In this document: one piece after another, positions 42,887 through 52,962 of the stretch
Layout: each line of letters starts with the position of its first letter
How positions within the stretch are numbered: the stretch's first letter is position 1
From: Polyangiaceae bacterium
GTDB lineage: Bacteria; Myxococcota_A; Polyangia; Polyangiales; Polyangiaceae
Assembly (NCBI GenBank): GCA_033763455.1
Contig: JANRKO010000087.1
Span: forward strand, 1 to 62,522
Direction: 5' to 3'
Length of the DNA stretch: 62,522 nt
Notes under the pieces: model-generated
The model's database searches: none
What the model was told of the DNA's origin: nothing
What the model saw: only the letters and a program-made list of their open reading frames with translations
Program-made: the position numbers and the translations under genes

Positions 42887-44077
42887 ATGTCTGACGAACT
42901 CAAGCCTAAGATCGATCTAAAAGCCAGGCTCGGAAAACGTGCAGTGCAGACTCAGGAGGGCGCCGCGTCGGTGCCCCCTCCAATCGGAATGGGTCGGCCC
43001 GGTGGCGTCGTGCCGCAGCCCGGGGTCGGGGTACCCCCGGTTCGGGTTGCCCCGGTTGGTTCATCGCCTTCGCAAGTGCCGCCGCCGCCCATGGGGTCGG
43101 TGCCGCGCAGTTCCGCGCCGTACGCCTCAGCGCCGTATGCCTCAGCGCCGCAGCAGCCAGCGCCCGTGATGCGCGCTGAGCCGCGGGAAATCCGCGTTGA
43201 AATGGGCGAGGAGGTCATTGAGGAGCGAAAGCGCGCGGCTGGTAAGGTTAGGATTGGTTTGGCGATTGTTGCCGTTGCTGCCGGCGGCTTGGGCTTTTTT
43301 ATTGGCGGCCGGGCTGAGAACAGCTCGCTTTCCAATAACGCCCTGAAAGATGCGCAAGGGCTATTGGAGAAGGTGAAAAAAGCCAACGCCACAGTGGATG
43401 AGCTCAACGGCGTCCTTACCTCCGCTATCGGCAAGTTCAAGGAGCAGAAGTTCCCGAGCGACGAGGTCTCGAAGCTGGGTGGAATCAACATTCCATTTAG
43501 CAACGAGGACCTGCCTCAGAGCATCGGACGCCTCGGCAAGCCCACGCGGGCAGCCTTGCTAAGTTATCTCATGAAAGTGCAAGAGGCGAATGAGCGCAAA
43601 GAGAGCTTGGGAAACGTCCTGAGCAGTGCACAGAAGCCGTTTGAGGAGCTGCTTGCTGATCGCGTGAAGCCCAAAGTGCGGTTCGCTGCTGTGGTTGCCT
43701 CAGGCGCCGAGGGTCCGTGGTTGCAGCTCGCACAGGTGAGCGAGCCCTTCCTTGTGCAAGAGGCGGGCAAGTCCAAACTGTGGCCAACGCAGCTCAACGT
43801 CAAACGTGTCGCCGACGGAAAATTGGCTGATGCCAAGTTGGATCGCGTCGAGAAGACGGACTTTAAGAACGATATGGCGCTTCCCATCGATCCGGCGAGC
43901 CAAGGGTTCGTGTGTCCATCCGCGGACCTCGTCGGCAAGATGCGGTCTGAATTGGTCAAGCTTCAGGAAAGCCTGAACGGCGACGAAACGCCCGGAGCGG
44001 AGAAGGAAGGCCTGAAGCAGCTCGGTGATCGGCTCAGCAAAGCGCTTGCTCAGCTGGGTACCGGCGGCGGCGGCTGA
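42887..44077 (+). CDS. Single-pass membrane hypothetical protein with a Pro-rich N-terminus and coiled coils
   Basis: AGGA SD before the ATG at 42887, one TM helix, and a long open frame. Confidence 0.85.
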   Translation: MSDELKPKIDLKARLGKRAVQTQEGAASVPPPIGMGRPGGVVPQPGVGVPPVRVAPVGSSPSQVPPPPMGSVPRSSAPYASAPYASAPQQPAPVMRAEPREIRVEMGEEVIEERKRAAGKVRIGLAIVAVAAGGLGFFIGGRAENSSLSNNALKDAQGLLEKVKKANATVDELNGVLTSAIGKFKEQKFPSDEVSKLGGINIPFSNEDLPQSIGRLGKPTRAALLSYLMKVQEANERKESLGNVLSSAQKPFEELLADRVKPKVRFAAVVASGAEGPWLQLAQVSEPFLVQEAGKSKLWPTQLNVKRVADGKLADAKLDRVEKTDFKNDMALPIDPASQGFVCPSADLVGKMRSELVKLQESLNGDETPGAEKEGLKQLGDRLSKALAQLGTGGGG

Positions 44078-44123
44078 GGTTCTTTGGGGCGGTGTCTGTC
44101 GCTTAGTTTGCCGCTAACGGCTC

Positions 44124-45461
44124 TTACGCTGCCGTCATTCTAGAAGGCTTCGAGGAGGGGGGCCTCGAAAGCATCATCGCCTTGGGGCGCACGATCTCCA
44201 CCTGGGAGATTTTGCGCTCGTCGGCTTCCCTCACCAGGAACTCCATTGAGTTGGCGTCTGTCTTCGCTCCGACGCGGGGGACTCGACCAAAGGCGGCGAC
44301 TAGAAAGCCGCCCAGTGAATTGTAGTCGCCATCGGCGGGGAATTCGACGCCCAGGTAACGGCTCAGCTCTTGGATAGAGATGCTGGCGTCCACCATCAAG
44401 CGGCCGTCTCCGAGGTCTACGATGGGCGGCTCTTCGGAATCATGTTCATCGCGAATATCCCCGACGATCTGCTCCAGAATATCTTCGAGCGTAACGATGC
44501 CGCTCGTGCCTCCGAATTCGTCGATCACCACTGCCATGTGGTGCCCCTGGGCGCGCATGTCGCGCAGCACGCTTGAGGCTAGCTGCCCTTCGGGCACAAA
44601 GCTGATGGGGGTGCGAACGATGTCACGGAGGTTGAGCAGCTTGAGATCAGCCGCATTCTGTTTGATCGACTGATTGAGCAGATCTTTGCTGTGCAACACG
44701 CCGAAGACCGAATCGATGCTGTTGCGGTAGATGGGGTAGCGGGAGTGCTGCGTTTCGGCGATCTGCTTCAGCAGCTCTTCTATGGGCAATTCGATGTCAA
44801 ATGCTGTGACTTGCGTGCGCGGCACCATGACCTCCCCGGCCGTGATACTGCGAAATTCAAGCACGTTGCGGATCATTTGCGACTGATCATGCGCGAGGGA
44901 GCCATCTTGCTCGCCTTCGGTTACCAACATCTCCACCTCGGCCTCGGTAACGCTCGTATCGGGAGTGGGTTCGGCGTCTGGCGCTTGCCGCGCAATTAGG
45001 TTTCCGATCAGCCGAATGGGCGCCGAAACAGGCAGCGCCAAGAACTCCACCGGGCGCAGCACCCGCAAGATCCATGGGGCCACTACGTCAGCGCGTGGCA
45101 CGAAGATCGCGCGGAGCGTGTGAGCGGGCAGCGCAAATGCGAGCAGCGAAACGGAGGTGGCCGCCAGCTTCTGAATCGCTGGTGCCCAGTCGGATGGCAT
45201 GGCCGAATTGAGCAGGAGCGCAGTGAGCGCTATCCCGCCGGCGCGAAGCACCATCCAGCGCAGCTCGACAGCGGCCTGGTGATCGTTGTAGCGCTGTAAA
45301 GCGTGGCGCCCAGCGCCTTCAAGCCGTTCGATCAGCGCCGCGCGTCGCGCGCCTGACATCGAGGCTATCGTGGCACTTGCTGCTGCGAGCACCGCGCCGC
45401 TCAGGGCGGGAAGCAACGCAACGGCGAGCTCAATCAAACGTTCTGGTGGGTATGGATCCAA
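44124..45461 (-). CDS. HlyC/CorC-family CNNM-CBS-CorC transporter
   Basis: N-terminal TM region, EVMVPR, HSRYP, VIDEFGGTSGIVTLEDILEQIVGDIRDE and a CorC domain. Confidence 0.93.
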   Translation of the reverse strand: MDPYPPERLIELAVALLPALSGAVLAAASATIASMSGARRAALIERLEGAGRHALQRYNDHQAAVELRWMVLRAGGIALTALLLNSAMPSDWAPAIQKLAATSVSLLAFALPAHTLRAIFVPRADVVAPWILRVLRPVEFLALPVSAPIRLIGNLIARQAPDAEPTPDTSVTEAEVEMLVTEGEQDGSLAHDQSQMIRNVLEFRSITAGEVMVPRTQVTAFDIELPIEELLKQIAETQHSRYPIYRNSIDSVFGVLHSKDLLNQSIKQNAADLKLLNLRDIVRTPISFVPEGQLASSVLRDMRAQGHHMAVVIDEFGGTSGIVTLEDILEQIVGDIRDEHDSEEPPIVDLGDGRLMVDASISIQELSRYLGVEFPADGDYNSLGGFLVAAFGRVPRVGAKTDANSMEFLVREADERKISQVEIVRPKAMMLSRPPSSKPSRMTAA

Positions 45462-45538
45462 CTCAATCGCCTCTGGCGGCAGCGCCGCCCCTCGGACTTC
45501 AAGGATTAGCCGGCAATCTCACCGGTGCGCAAGGGGCT

Positions 45539-46474
45539 TTACTCAATTTGGGGTTCATAAGCCCCACTCTGACGGCCCTGAAAGCCCCGTGAGACGCGAT
45601 AGACACCTTCTGCGGTCCGTTGGCCAATCGCTAGGAGTTGATTCTCGTTATCGAACCAAGCAAACGGCTCGCCAGCAGCAGCTCCCGGGGGCAGGTGCTC
45701 AAAGTTGTGTTCGTGAAGGGGCTTGCCGTGGCCGGTGAGCACGCGCCCTTCTGCACTCAGTACGCCTACGCTCAGGCACCTTCGAGCTAAAGTGGCGAGA
45801 TCGATCAGCGGCACTGCTCCTTCCAGGGGCCACCGGTGCGCCTCCTCGATTCGAAAGGGGCCGCTCTGGGTCCTAAGAAGCGCGCTCAGGTGCCCCGGCA
45901 CGCCCAAGCTTTGGCAAATGTCATGAGCCATGCTGCGCACGTAATATCCTTTGGATACTCGGAGCCGCAGGGAGGCAGAAGTGTCTGAAGCTTCGAGCAA
46001 ATCCAAGGCCTCCACTGCCACGTTGCGCGCGGCAAGCTCAAGCTCCTGGCCCTTTCGGGCCATCGAGTAGGCTGTTCTGCCCTGGACTTTAATGGCTGAA
46101 AAAGCGGGTGGAACCTGTTCGGTCCGAGCGCGCTCCCGATTCAGCGCAGTTTCCAGGCGTTCTGATGTTAACCAGCCTGGGCTTAAAATTGCGCGCTCTG
46201 TTTCGTCTCCGTCGGCATCCAGCGTATTGGTGGAAACCCCGAAGTCAATTTTGGCTTCGTATTCCTTGGTTGCCGCTGCTACGTAGGGGGAAAGCTTGGT
46301 GGCTTCGCCTAAAAGCAGAATCAAGACGCCGCGAGCCATCGGATCCAGCGTGCCGCCGTGCCCCACGCGCTTCTGGCCGTAGATGCCGCGGGCTTTGGCC
46401 ACCACATCGTGGCTCGTCCAATGCTCGGGTTTATCGATGATGAGCGCGCCGTGAACCCGCGCTAGCCGAGCCAT
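45539..46474 (-). CDS. truB: tRNA pseudouridine(55) synthase
   Basis: DKP..WTSHDVV, VGHGGTLDPMA, VPPAFSAIKVQG and SKGYYVRS. Confidence 0.95.
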   Translation of the reverse strand: MARLARVHGALIIDKPEHWTSHDVVAKARGIYGQKRVGHGGTLDPMARGVLILLLGEATKLSPYVAAATKEYEAKIDFGVSTNTLDADGDETERAILSPGWLTSERLETALNRERARTEQVPPAFSAIKVQGRTAYSMARKGQELELAARNVAVEALDLLEASDTSASLRLRVSKGYYVRSMAHDICQSLGVPGHLSALLRTQSGPFRIEEAHRWPLEGAVPLIDLATLARRCLSVGVLSAEGRVLTGHGKPLHEHNFEHLPPGAAAGEPFAWFDNENQLLAIGQRTAEGVYRVSRGFQGRQSGAYEPQIE

Positions 46475-47727
46475 ACGCTCTTGCGGTCGCGCAACCCCTG
46501 GGCAATCAGCTCTTCGATGCTGCGTTGCACCCGATCGCTGAGGCGCCCGACCAGCACCGAATCATCCGCGGCTTCTGGCCCGTAGCCGTCGAAACTGAAG
46601 GGTTCCCCGAACAAGATCGTCCAGCGAGTGGGTGCGGGAATGAGCCCGAATGGGCCCAGCCAAGGAAATGTGGGTGTGATGGGCAAATACGGAAGACCAA
46701 AGAGCTTGGGCAGATAATCCAAGCGATGCAGCATCGGATTGCTCTCTTCCGCACCGATAATAGCGCAGGGCACGAGCGGGGATCCCGTGCGCAACGCGAG
46801 CCGCACAAAGCCCCCGCGCCCGAAGCGTTCGAGAGTGTAGCGGCGTTCGTAGAGCTTGCTGATCCCCTTTACACCCTCGGGGAAAACGGCGACGAGCTCT
46901 TCTTGGTTGAGGAGCCGCTCCGCGTTTTCCTGGCACGCGCGCACGGCACCCATGCGGTTGAAAAACACGCCTGCGAACGGCAAATAGTGAACAAAATCTT
47001 CGGTGAGCCAGCGCACCGCGCGCCGCTCAGGCTGCGCACGGGCTACGGCGGTTCGCAACACCAGGCCGTCAAACGGGAAGGTTCCCGAATGGTTCGCCAC
47101 AATAATGCCTCGCCCGGCGCTTGGAATATTCTCCACCCCTCGCACTCGCACACGGAAATAGCGACGATGCAGAAAATCCAGCACGCCGCCGAGCTTCTTT
47201 TCGAAGGCAGGATCGTAGCCGAAGGCATCCACTTCTTCGATGCGTTCCTGCAGGCCTTGGCGCCCCCAGCGCTGCTTAAAATAAGGATTGCTAGCTAGAG
47301 GGTGGGAGGGATCGAGCGGCGGCGCGTCGAGTGCGGGCGTGGCCGGGCTGGGCGAAGCCAGGGCATCGGAGCTGGGGGCTGTGGCCTGACGTACGACCCC
47401 GGAAGCCGAGGCTCGAATCATTTGGTCGAGCCTAGATTCAAGATCCGAAATCTGACTTTCCAGCTCTTGGCGGGAAGCTTGCGGTTGCGGGGCGCGGCGC
47501 TTCGGCGGAACGTCGATCGTGTTGGTGAAGGTCACGCGCGGCACAACATTGGAGCCAATGCCGATCTCATCCGGAGGATAGGTGCCTCGTGGCAGGTTCT
47601 CTTCGCTCTCGACCTGTTTTTCCCGGGGGGCAGGGCGGAGTGAGCGCGTGCGAACCTCGGGCTTGCGAGCCTTGTGCTGCGGGCGCCGAGCGTTTCCCAA
47701 ATTCTTCGGGGGGGGTTTTGTCGTCAC
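46462..47727 (-). CDS. Lysophospholipid/glycerol acyltransferase (PlsC family) with a long N-terminal extension
   Basis: DAFGYD, ANHSG...D, VFPEG and FGRGGFVRLA. Confidence 0.9.
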   Translation of the reverse strand: MTTKPPPKNLGNARRPQHKARKPEVRTRSLRPAPREKQVESEENLPRGTYPPDEIGIGSNVVPRVTFTNTIDVPPKRRAPQPQASRQELESQISDLESRLDQMIRASASGVVRQATAPSSDALASPSPATPALDAPPLDPSHPLASNPYFKQRWGRQGLQERIEEVDAFGYDPAFEKKLGGVLDFLHRRYFRVRVRGVENIPSAGRGIIVANHSGTFPFDGLVLRTAVARAQPERRAVRWLTEDFVHYLPFAGVFFNRMGAVRACQENAERLLNQEELVAVFPEGVKGISKLYERRYTLERFGRGGFVRLALRTGSPLVPCAIIGAEESNPMLHRLDYLPKLFGLPYLPITPTFPWLGPFGLIPAPTRWTILFGEPFSFDGYGPEAADDSVLVGRLSDRVQRSIEELIAQGLRDRKSVWLG

Positions 47728-48779
47728 GCCGGGGTCTCCGAAAGTAGGTTGGCGTCGCGCAAGTGCTGGGCGCTGGCAAAATCAATTAAGGCTTCTCGAG
47801 TACTGAAAGCTGGCACGAAGCCGAGGACTTCTTGGGCTCTGGCCCCATCCGCAACACACAGATATTGGAGATAATCGACCAAAAATGGCGGAGAATCCGC
47901 CGCGCGCGTTACCCACATCGCACCCAAGAGCGCCGCTAGAGCCGTCGCCGGGAGCGGCAGATGCGTTCGCCCGCAAACCTTAATCACCGCGCTGAGCGGC
48001 AAGACACCCGAGCCGGTTATGTTGAAGATACCCGGCGCGTCCCGCTGAATCGCGAGCGCCAAGGCCGCCACTGCATCTGCCTCATGCACGAATTGCCAGA
48101 GCGGATCAAAGCCCATCACTGTGGGCACTAAGCGGCGGCGAAAGTAGTGTGCAATGTAATCTTCGATGTGTGGTCCAATAATGGGAGCGGCGCGGAGTAC
48201 GGTGGCAACACGTGCACTGCCTGGAGGCCCAAATGCCAAGATTTGCTGTTCGCTCTGAAACTTATCGCGAAAGAAAGCCTCGCTCATACGGGCCTTCACG
48301 CCGTGGTTTTCACTCAAGTAGTTTGGATTGGTGGGGTGGGCGCCATACAGGAAGGTTTGGCTCTTCTGTACGATCTTGCGCACGCGGGTGCGGCGGCAAG
48401 AGTTCACTAGGTGCATGGTGCCAACGCTTTCGAGCTCGTGTGCCCAAGCCGGATCGCTCGAGGGCGACGACAACGTGGCCAAGTGCACCACGGTGTCCAC
48501 ACGCTCTAAAGTGAGCACCTCCACCAATCGTTCTTCGGCGCTTCGGCTCGTGAGATCCAGGTTGTAGGCGCGTGTCTTCTCGGAGGGCGCCTCCACTTTT
48601 CGGATATCCAGGCTCACCACACATTCCACGTTCGGATCGGCATCGAGCACGCCAATCAAATTTCTTCCCAAAAAGCCAGCACCTCCGGTGATAGCCACGC
48701 GCTTGGGCGTGCGGGTACGGGAGAGCTCCGTGGGATCCGTTGAGAGTGTTGTGGTTGCGTCCGAGGTCGCCGAGTTCAC
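47724..48779 (-). CDS. NAD-dependent epimerase/dehydratase-family (extended SDR) protein
   Basis: TGGAGFLG Rossmann motif, VVHLA, GFDPLWQFVHE.D and GIFNI; GTGA overlap with the acyltransferase. Confidence 0.9.
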   Translation of the reverse strand: MNSATSDATTTLSTDPTELSRTRTPKRVAITGGAGFLGRNLIGVLDADPNVECVVSLDIRKVEAPSEKTRAYNLDLTSRSAEERLVEVLTLERVDTVVHLATLSSPSSDPAWAHELESVGTMHLVNSCRRTRVRKIVQKSQTFLYGAHPTNPNYLSENHGVKARMSEAFFRDKFQSEQQILAFGPPGSARVATVLRAAPIIGPHIEDYIAHYFRRRLVPTVMGFDPLWQFVHEADAVAALALAIQRDAPGIFNITGSGVLPLSAVIKVCGRTHLPLPATALAALLGAMWVTRAADSPPFLVDYLQYLCVADGARAQEVLGFVPAFSTREALIDFASAQHLRDANLLSETPA

Positions 48780-48878
48780 TGAAGCCAGACCGTACTTCCG
48801 AGCGCTTTGCCTGGCAATCTTACGGAAGCCAAAAGTGGCCCGATTGTCGACAGTTTGTCGGGGTTGGGAAAGGAGAGT

Positions 48879-48950
48879 TGCCCCCTCTCGGCTCGCGTGC
48901 GCTCGGCCGTTCTCCCCCTTGCGGGCGCGTTCCGCGCTCGCGGGGGAGAC
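48879..48950. repeat. Palindromic intergenic repeat, family A copy 3
   Basis: TGCCCCCTCTCG...GCTCGGCCGTTCTCCCCC-TT-GCGGGCGCG-TTC-CGCGCTCGC-GGGGGAGAC. Confidence 0.8.
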
Positions 48951-49101
48951 CTAAGAGAAGCTCTGCTCGGCCGGCCGTAGAGGTGAGGGGCCACGTGGGA
49001 CCATGTGCGCGTCTGTCGCTGGAGATTTGACAAGTGGCGCAAATGTTGGTCGCCGAGCGGAACATCGTCCCATACGCTTACTGTTGGAGTCTTTTCTGAG
49101 T

Positions 49102-50124
49102 ATGACCGACAACTTCGACTTTAGTCCCGAGCGAGTGGGGCCCTATGAATTGGGCGAACCACTTGGCGCCGGCGGCATGGCCGAGGTGTTCAAAGCCGAA
49201 CACGTCGATCGCCCTGGGGAGTGCGTCGCGCTAAAGCGGATCTTGCGCCACCTGGCACGTGATGCTCGTTTCGTCGACATGTTTCGGGACGAGGCCCGCA
49301 TCAGCGCGTCGCTCAGCCATCCCAATATCGTGAGCGTTCTAGATTTCAGCTCGCACGATGGGGATCTCTATTTGGCGCTTGAATACGTGGAGGGCCAGTC
49401 ACTCGCGAAATTGTTGCGCCACGTGGCCGCACAGAAGCGCCGTTTCCCGCTTTCGATCGCGCTGTTCATCGCTCGCGAGATGTTGCGAGGGCTCGCGCAC
49501 GCACACTCGGCCGCGGATGCAGACGGCCGGAAGTTCAACATTATCCATCGCGATGTATCCCCCGGCAATATTTTGCTCGGCAACAATGGCGCCGTAAAGC
49601 TCACAGATTTCGGGATCGTGCGCAGCACACTCGTGGATCGGCGTACGCGCCCAGGTGAAGTGAAGGGCAAGCTTGGCTACATGTCACCCGAGCAAGTGGT
49701 CGGGCAGGAAGTAGATCCGCGCAGCGATCTTTTTAGCGTGGGGATCATTCTGACGGAGATGCTGTTGGCGCGGCCACTGTTCGCCGGAAGGAGCGATCTG
49801 GAGATCTTAACGCGCACGCACCAGGCGGACGTGAGCCTGCTTGAGCGCTATGCGGGCAGCTTGCGGCCGGATCTGTCACGTGTGTTGTTTAAGGCTCTGG
49901 CTCGGCGCCCAGAAGAGCGTTTTCAATCGGCGGACGATTTCCTCACCGTGTTGGAAATTGTTGCGCGCAGGGCCGGCGTGGCCCTAAAACAAGAGACCTT
50001 TGCCCAATGGATGGCCGAGTTCGGTGCGCCAGAGCGCAAAGTGAGCGGCACGCGCGAAATCAACCCGGCCAACCCCACGACGTATCCTCTCACTGTGCGC
50101 GAACCTAAAGCACAGAACCAGTAA
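49102..50124 (+). CDS. Hanks-type Ser/Thr protein kinase (cytoplasmic)
   Basis: LGAGGMAEVF, ALK, HRDVSPGN, DFG and GKLGYMSPE. Confidence 0.95.
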   Translation: MTDNFDFSPERVGPYELGEPLGAGGMAEVFKAEHVDRPGECVALKRILRHLARDARFVDMFRDEARISASLSHPNIVSVLDFSSHDGDLYLALEYVEGQSLAKLLRHVAAQKRRFPLSIALFIAREMLRGLAHAHSAADADGRKFNIIHRDVSPGNILLGNNGAVKLTDFGIVRSTLVDRRTRPGEVKGKLGYMSPEQVVGQEVDPRSDLFSVGIILTEMLLARPLFAGRSDLEILTRTHQADVSLLERYAGSLRPDLSRVLFKALARRPEERFQSADDFLTVLEIVARRAGVALKQETFAQWMAEFGAPERKVSGTREINPANPTTYPLTVREPKAQNQ

Positions 50125-50132
50125 TTGCCGTA

Positions 50133-50242
50133 GAAGCGGGCGCGCGAACGAGAACGCGCGCGGCGCAGCGCTAGGCTTCGCCTTCGCAGGGTCCCTCGCC
50201 GCTGCAATAGAGGTGCTTAGCATGACAAGCATCTCGCGCTTC
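50133..50242 (+). ncRNA. Candidate four-way-junction structured element
   Basis: P1 GAAGCG/CGCTTC, P2 GCGCGCG/CGCGCGC, P3 GCAGCG/CGCTGC and P4 GAGGTGCTT/AAGCATCTC. Confidence 0.35.
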
Positions 50243-50319
50243 CCTTGAAGAGGATTCGCCCAAACACCAAATTGGAAGTGGTACGACCATTGGCTAGTTC
50301 CGCCACGCAGCCGCGGAAG

Positions 50320-50940
50320 CTAGAACGTGAGCCGCATCACGGGGTAGTTGGCCACTTTCCCAACTTCTCGGAAGCCTGCCTCAACGAAGATACTGGGCGG
50401 CCCGCCCAGCAGTTGTTCGGGCCGGATATCAGCAGCAGTGCAAGGGAAGGCCTCTATGGAGCTTGCCCCAAGCTCTTGTGCGCACACGATCCCCTCTGCC
50501 AAAAGAGCACGCGCCACTCCAAGCTCACGCCAGGCTGGGTCCACCAAAAAGCAGGCCACGGTGTACACGCCCGCGCGGTTAGCATCGTTGAAACAGGGCA
50601 GGGCGCGTAGGCCTTTCTGGGCGTACACTTTGGCCACACTCGCCGCAGGTGCGAGCTTCATCCACCCCACGACAGAATCGCCGACTAACGCGACCATCCC
50701 ACTCATCTCCGGCGAGCCGCCCTCCAGGGCTTCGAGCATGCGTGTCTTGTTTTCTTCTTCGTGCTGGAAGAGCTGCTCTAGCCAGGAATTGTTGTTGCCC
50801 TCGTGATGCCAATAGCGGCAATAGCAAGGGTGGCGGCAGCGATCGAAGAGCGCCAAAAGGCCCGGGCCGTGTTCGGAAGATGCCTGGGTTACCTCGAGCT
50901 CATCGTCGTCGCCGAAAGAGGGTGTGGGCTCGGTTTTCAT
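50320..50940 (-). CDS. GNAT-family N-acetyltransferase
   Basis: CYCRYW, VVGW, ACFLVDPAWRELGVARALL, IEAFP and F.EAGF. Confidence 0.9.
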   Translation of the reverse strand: MKTEPTPSFGDDDELEVTQASSEHGPGLLALFDRCRHPCYCRYWHHEGNNNSWLEQLFQHEEENKTRMLEALEGGSPEMSGMVALVGDSVVGWMKLAPAASVAKVYAQKGLRALPCFNDANRAGVYTVACFLVDPAWRELGVARALLAEGIVCAQELGASSIEAFPCTAADIRPEQLLGGPPSIFVEAGFREVGKVANYPVMRLTF

Positions 50941-50964
50941 TGGTGCGGCCTTAGGCGGACAACT

Positions 50965-52476
50965 TCAAGAAGCCAATGGGCCCAGCGCGGTGCGGAGAGC
51001 TTCCCAGCGTGCCGCCACCTGAAACAGTCGTTCTTCTGCAAAGGCAGGCCCGAGCAGTTGGAGCCCCACCGGGAGCGGTGGTTGACTTGGCGTTGCAGCG
51101 AGCGGTCGGCAGGGCACCGAAAGCGCACACACGCCGGCTAAGCTTGCAGGTAACGTGTAAACGTCCGCCAGGTACATCTGCAGAGGGTCTTCGATTTTGG
51201 CGCCGATTTTGAAGGCGGCGGTGGGGCTGGTGGGTGTGGCCAACACATCTACCTTTGCGAATGCATTCTCGAAATCTTGACGAACCAGCGTGCGCACTTT
51301 CTGAGCTTTGAGGTAATATGCGTCGTAATAGCCGGCGCTGAGCACGTAGGTGCCGAGCAGGATGCGGCGCTTTACTTCTGCACCGAAGCCAGCATTGCGG
51401 CTGGCTCCGTACATCTGCCCAAGGGTTGCGCCGGGTGCTTCCTGCCTAAGGCCGAACCGCACGCCGTCGAAACGGGCCAGGTTGCTCGAGCACTCAGCTG
51501 TGGCAAGCACGTAGTAGGTGGCGATGCCGTAGTTCGTATGCGGCATTCTCAAAGGCACGATCGTGGCTCCATCGCGCTCCAAGGCTGCGATGGCTTCTTC
51601 GACACGTTCGCGCACACCTGCATCCAGGCCCTCGCCAAAGTACTCTTCAGGCACTCCGATGCGTAGCCCGCGAATATCGCGACCACACGCCGCTTCATAC
51701 GCTCCTACCGGGAGATCGGCGGAGGTAGAATCCGCTGGATCGACCCCGGAGATAGCTTCGAGCACGCGCGCCGCGCCCCGTACATCTTGGGCAAAAGGCC
51801 CGACCTGATCCAGGCTCGAGGCGAACGCGATGAGGCCGTAGCGCGAGACACGGCCGTAGCTGGGCTTGACGCCGACAATGCCCGTAAGGCCCGCAGGCTG
51901 GCGTATAGAGCCGCCAGTATCGCTTCCAAGCGAGCAAGGGGTGATGCCCGCTGCGACTACCGCGGCGCTTCCGCCGCTCGAACCACCTGGAATTCGCGCT
52001 CGATCCACGGGGTTCTTCACGGGGCCGAAGGCGCTATTTTCGTTGGAAGAGCCCATGGCGAACTCATCCATGTTCGTTTTGCCGAAAATGAGCGCGCCGG
52101 CTTGCCTCAAGCGAGCCACCACGGTGGCGTCATAGGGCGCGCGCCAGCCATGTGTGGTGGGGTTCTCTGCGGGAATGGGTGCGTCCGCTCTCAGCAACAT
52201 CTTGGACGCGCAGGTGGTCGGTGCGTCGAGAGTACAGAGAGCGTCTTTGATGCCAATCGGGACGCCGGCGAGCGGCCCCAAAACCTCCCCCCGCAAGCGC
52301 CTTTCATCCAACGCATCTGCAGCTTTCAGGATGGATTCTGGCGAGAGGTAGAGGAAAGCGTTGAGATCTCGGTTGCTCGCAGCTTGGGCGAGCGCTGCTT
52401 CGGCAACTTGGCGCGCTCGGAGCTCACCGTTTTGAACTTGGCGCGCGATGTCAGAAATGTTCGAAGGAATACTCAT
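50965..52476 (-). CDS. gatA: Asp/Glu-tRNA amidotransferase subunit A
   Basis: KTNMDEFAMGSS, PGGSSGGS, GSDTGGSIRQPA, SSNLARFDG and EVKRRILLGTY. Confidence 0.97.
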   Translation of the reverse strand: MSIPSNISDIARQVQNGELRARQVAEAALAQAASNRDLNAFLYLSPESILKAADALDERRLRGEVLGPLAGVPIGIKDALCTLDAPTTCASKMLLRADAPIPAENPTTHGWRAPYDATVVARLRQAGALIFGKTNMDEFAMGSSNENSAFGPVKNPVDRARIPGGSSGGSAAVVAAGITPCSLGSDTGGSIRQPAGLTGIVGVKPSYGRVSRYGLIAFASSLDQVGPFAQDVRGAARVLEAISGVDPADSTSADLPVGAYEAACGRDIRGLRIGVPEEYFGEGLDAGVRERVEEAIAALERDGATIVPLRMPHTNYGIATYYVLATAECSSNLARFDGVRFGLRQEAPGATLGQMYGASRNAGFGAEVKRRILLGTYVLSAGYYDAYYLKAQKVRTLVRQDFENAFAKVDVLATPTSPTAAFKIGAKIEDPLQMYLADVYTLPASLAGVCALSVPCRPLAATPSQPPLPVGLQLLGPAFAEERLFQVAARWEALRTALGPLAS

Positions 52477-52482
52477 CTTGAC

Positions 52483-52773
52483 TTACCCCTCCACAAAGCC
52501 AGGGACCACGAAGCCCTGATCCGAATAACGGGGCGCCTCGCCTTCGAAGCTTTCGCGCGTGAGGTTCGGCCCGAGCACGTCTAGCCTCAGAGGGGCGTGG
52601 CTAACGGCGACGTGAGTGGTTGGCTCAACTTGAGACGTGTCGAGCTCAGAAAGCAGGGCCACGTACCCGAGCACTTTGTTCATATCCACGATGATCTGCT
52701 CGGTTTCGCCTGGCTCTAAGGTCAGGTGGGCCAGCTTGGCCACGTGCAGCACGTCAGCTTTCGTAATTGCCAT
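52483..52773 (-). CDS. gatC: Asp/Glu-tRNA amidotransferase subunit C
   Basis: ITKADVLHVAKLAHL...LDTSQVEP...LR.D...FVVP; directly upstream of gatA. Confidence 0.95.
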   Translation of the reverse strand: MAITKADVLHVAKLAHLTLEPGETEQIIVDMNKVLGYVALLSELDTSQVEPTTHVAVSHAPLRLDVLGPNLTRESFEGEAPRYSDQGFVVPGFVEG

Positions 52774-52962
52774 GAAACACTCGAATCGGGCGGTTGTTCG
52801 GGAAAACGTTATCTCGATGGACTAGGCGCGCGGCAAACGCAAGTCGAAATTGGCCACGTGGCCCCCCTCGGCTTGCGGGGAAAGGATCTGAGGATATGCT
52901 GCGCCCATCGGCGAGGCGGGTAGAGAGAGCCCGCTTGCCGCAGGATCACCGCTCCCTCCGCC

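Noticed and set aside
50165..50245. HDV-like ribozyme
   Set aside because: TCCCTCGC resembles L3, but P3', the P1.1 GG and the catalytic C-x-R-A strand cannot be placed.
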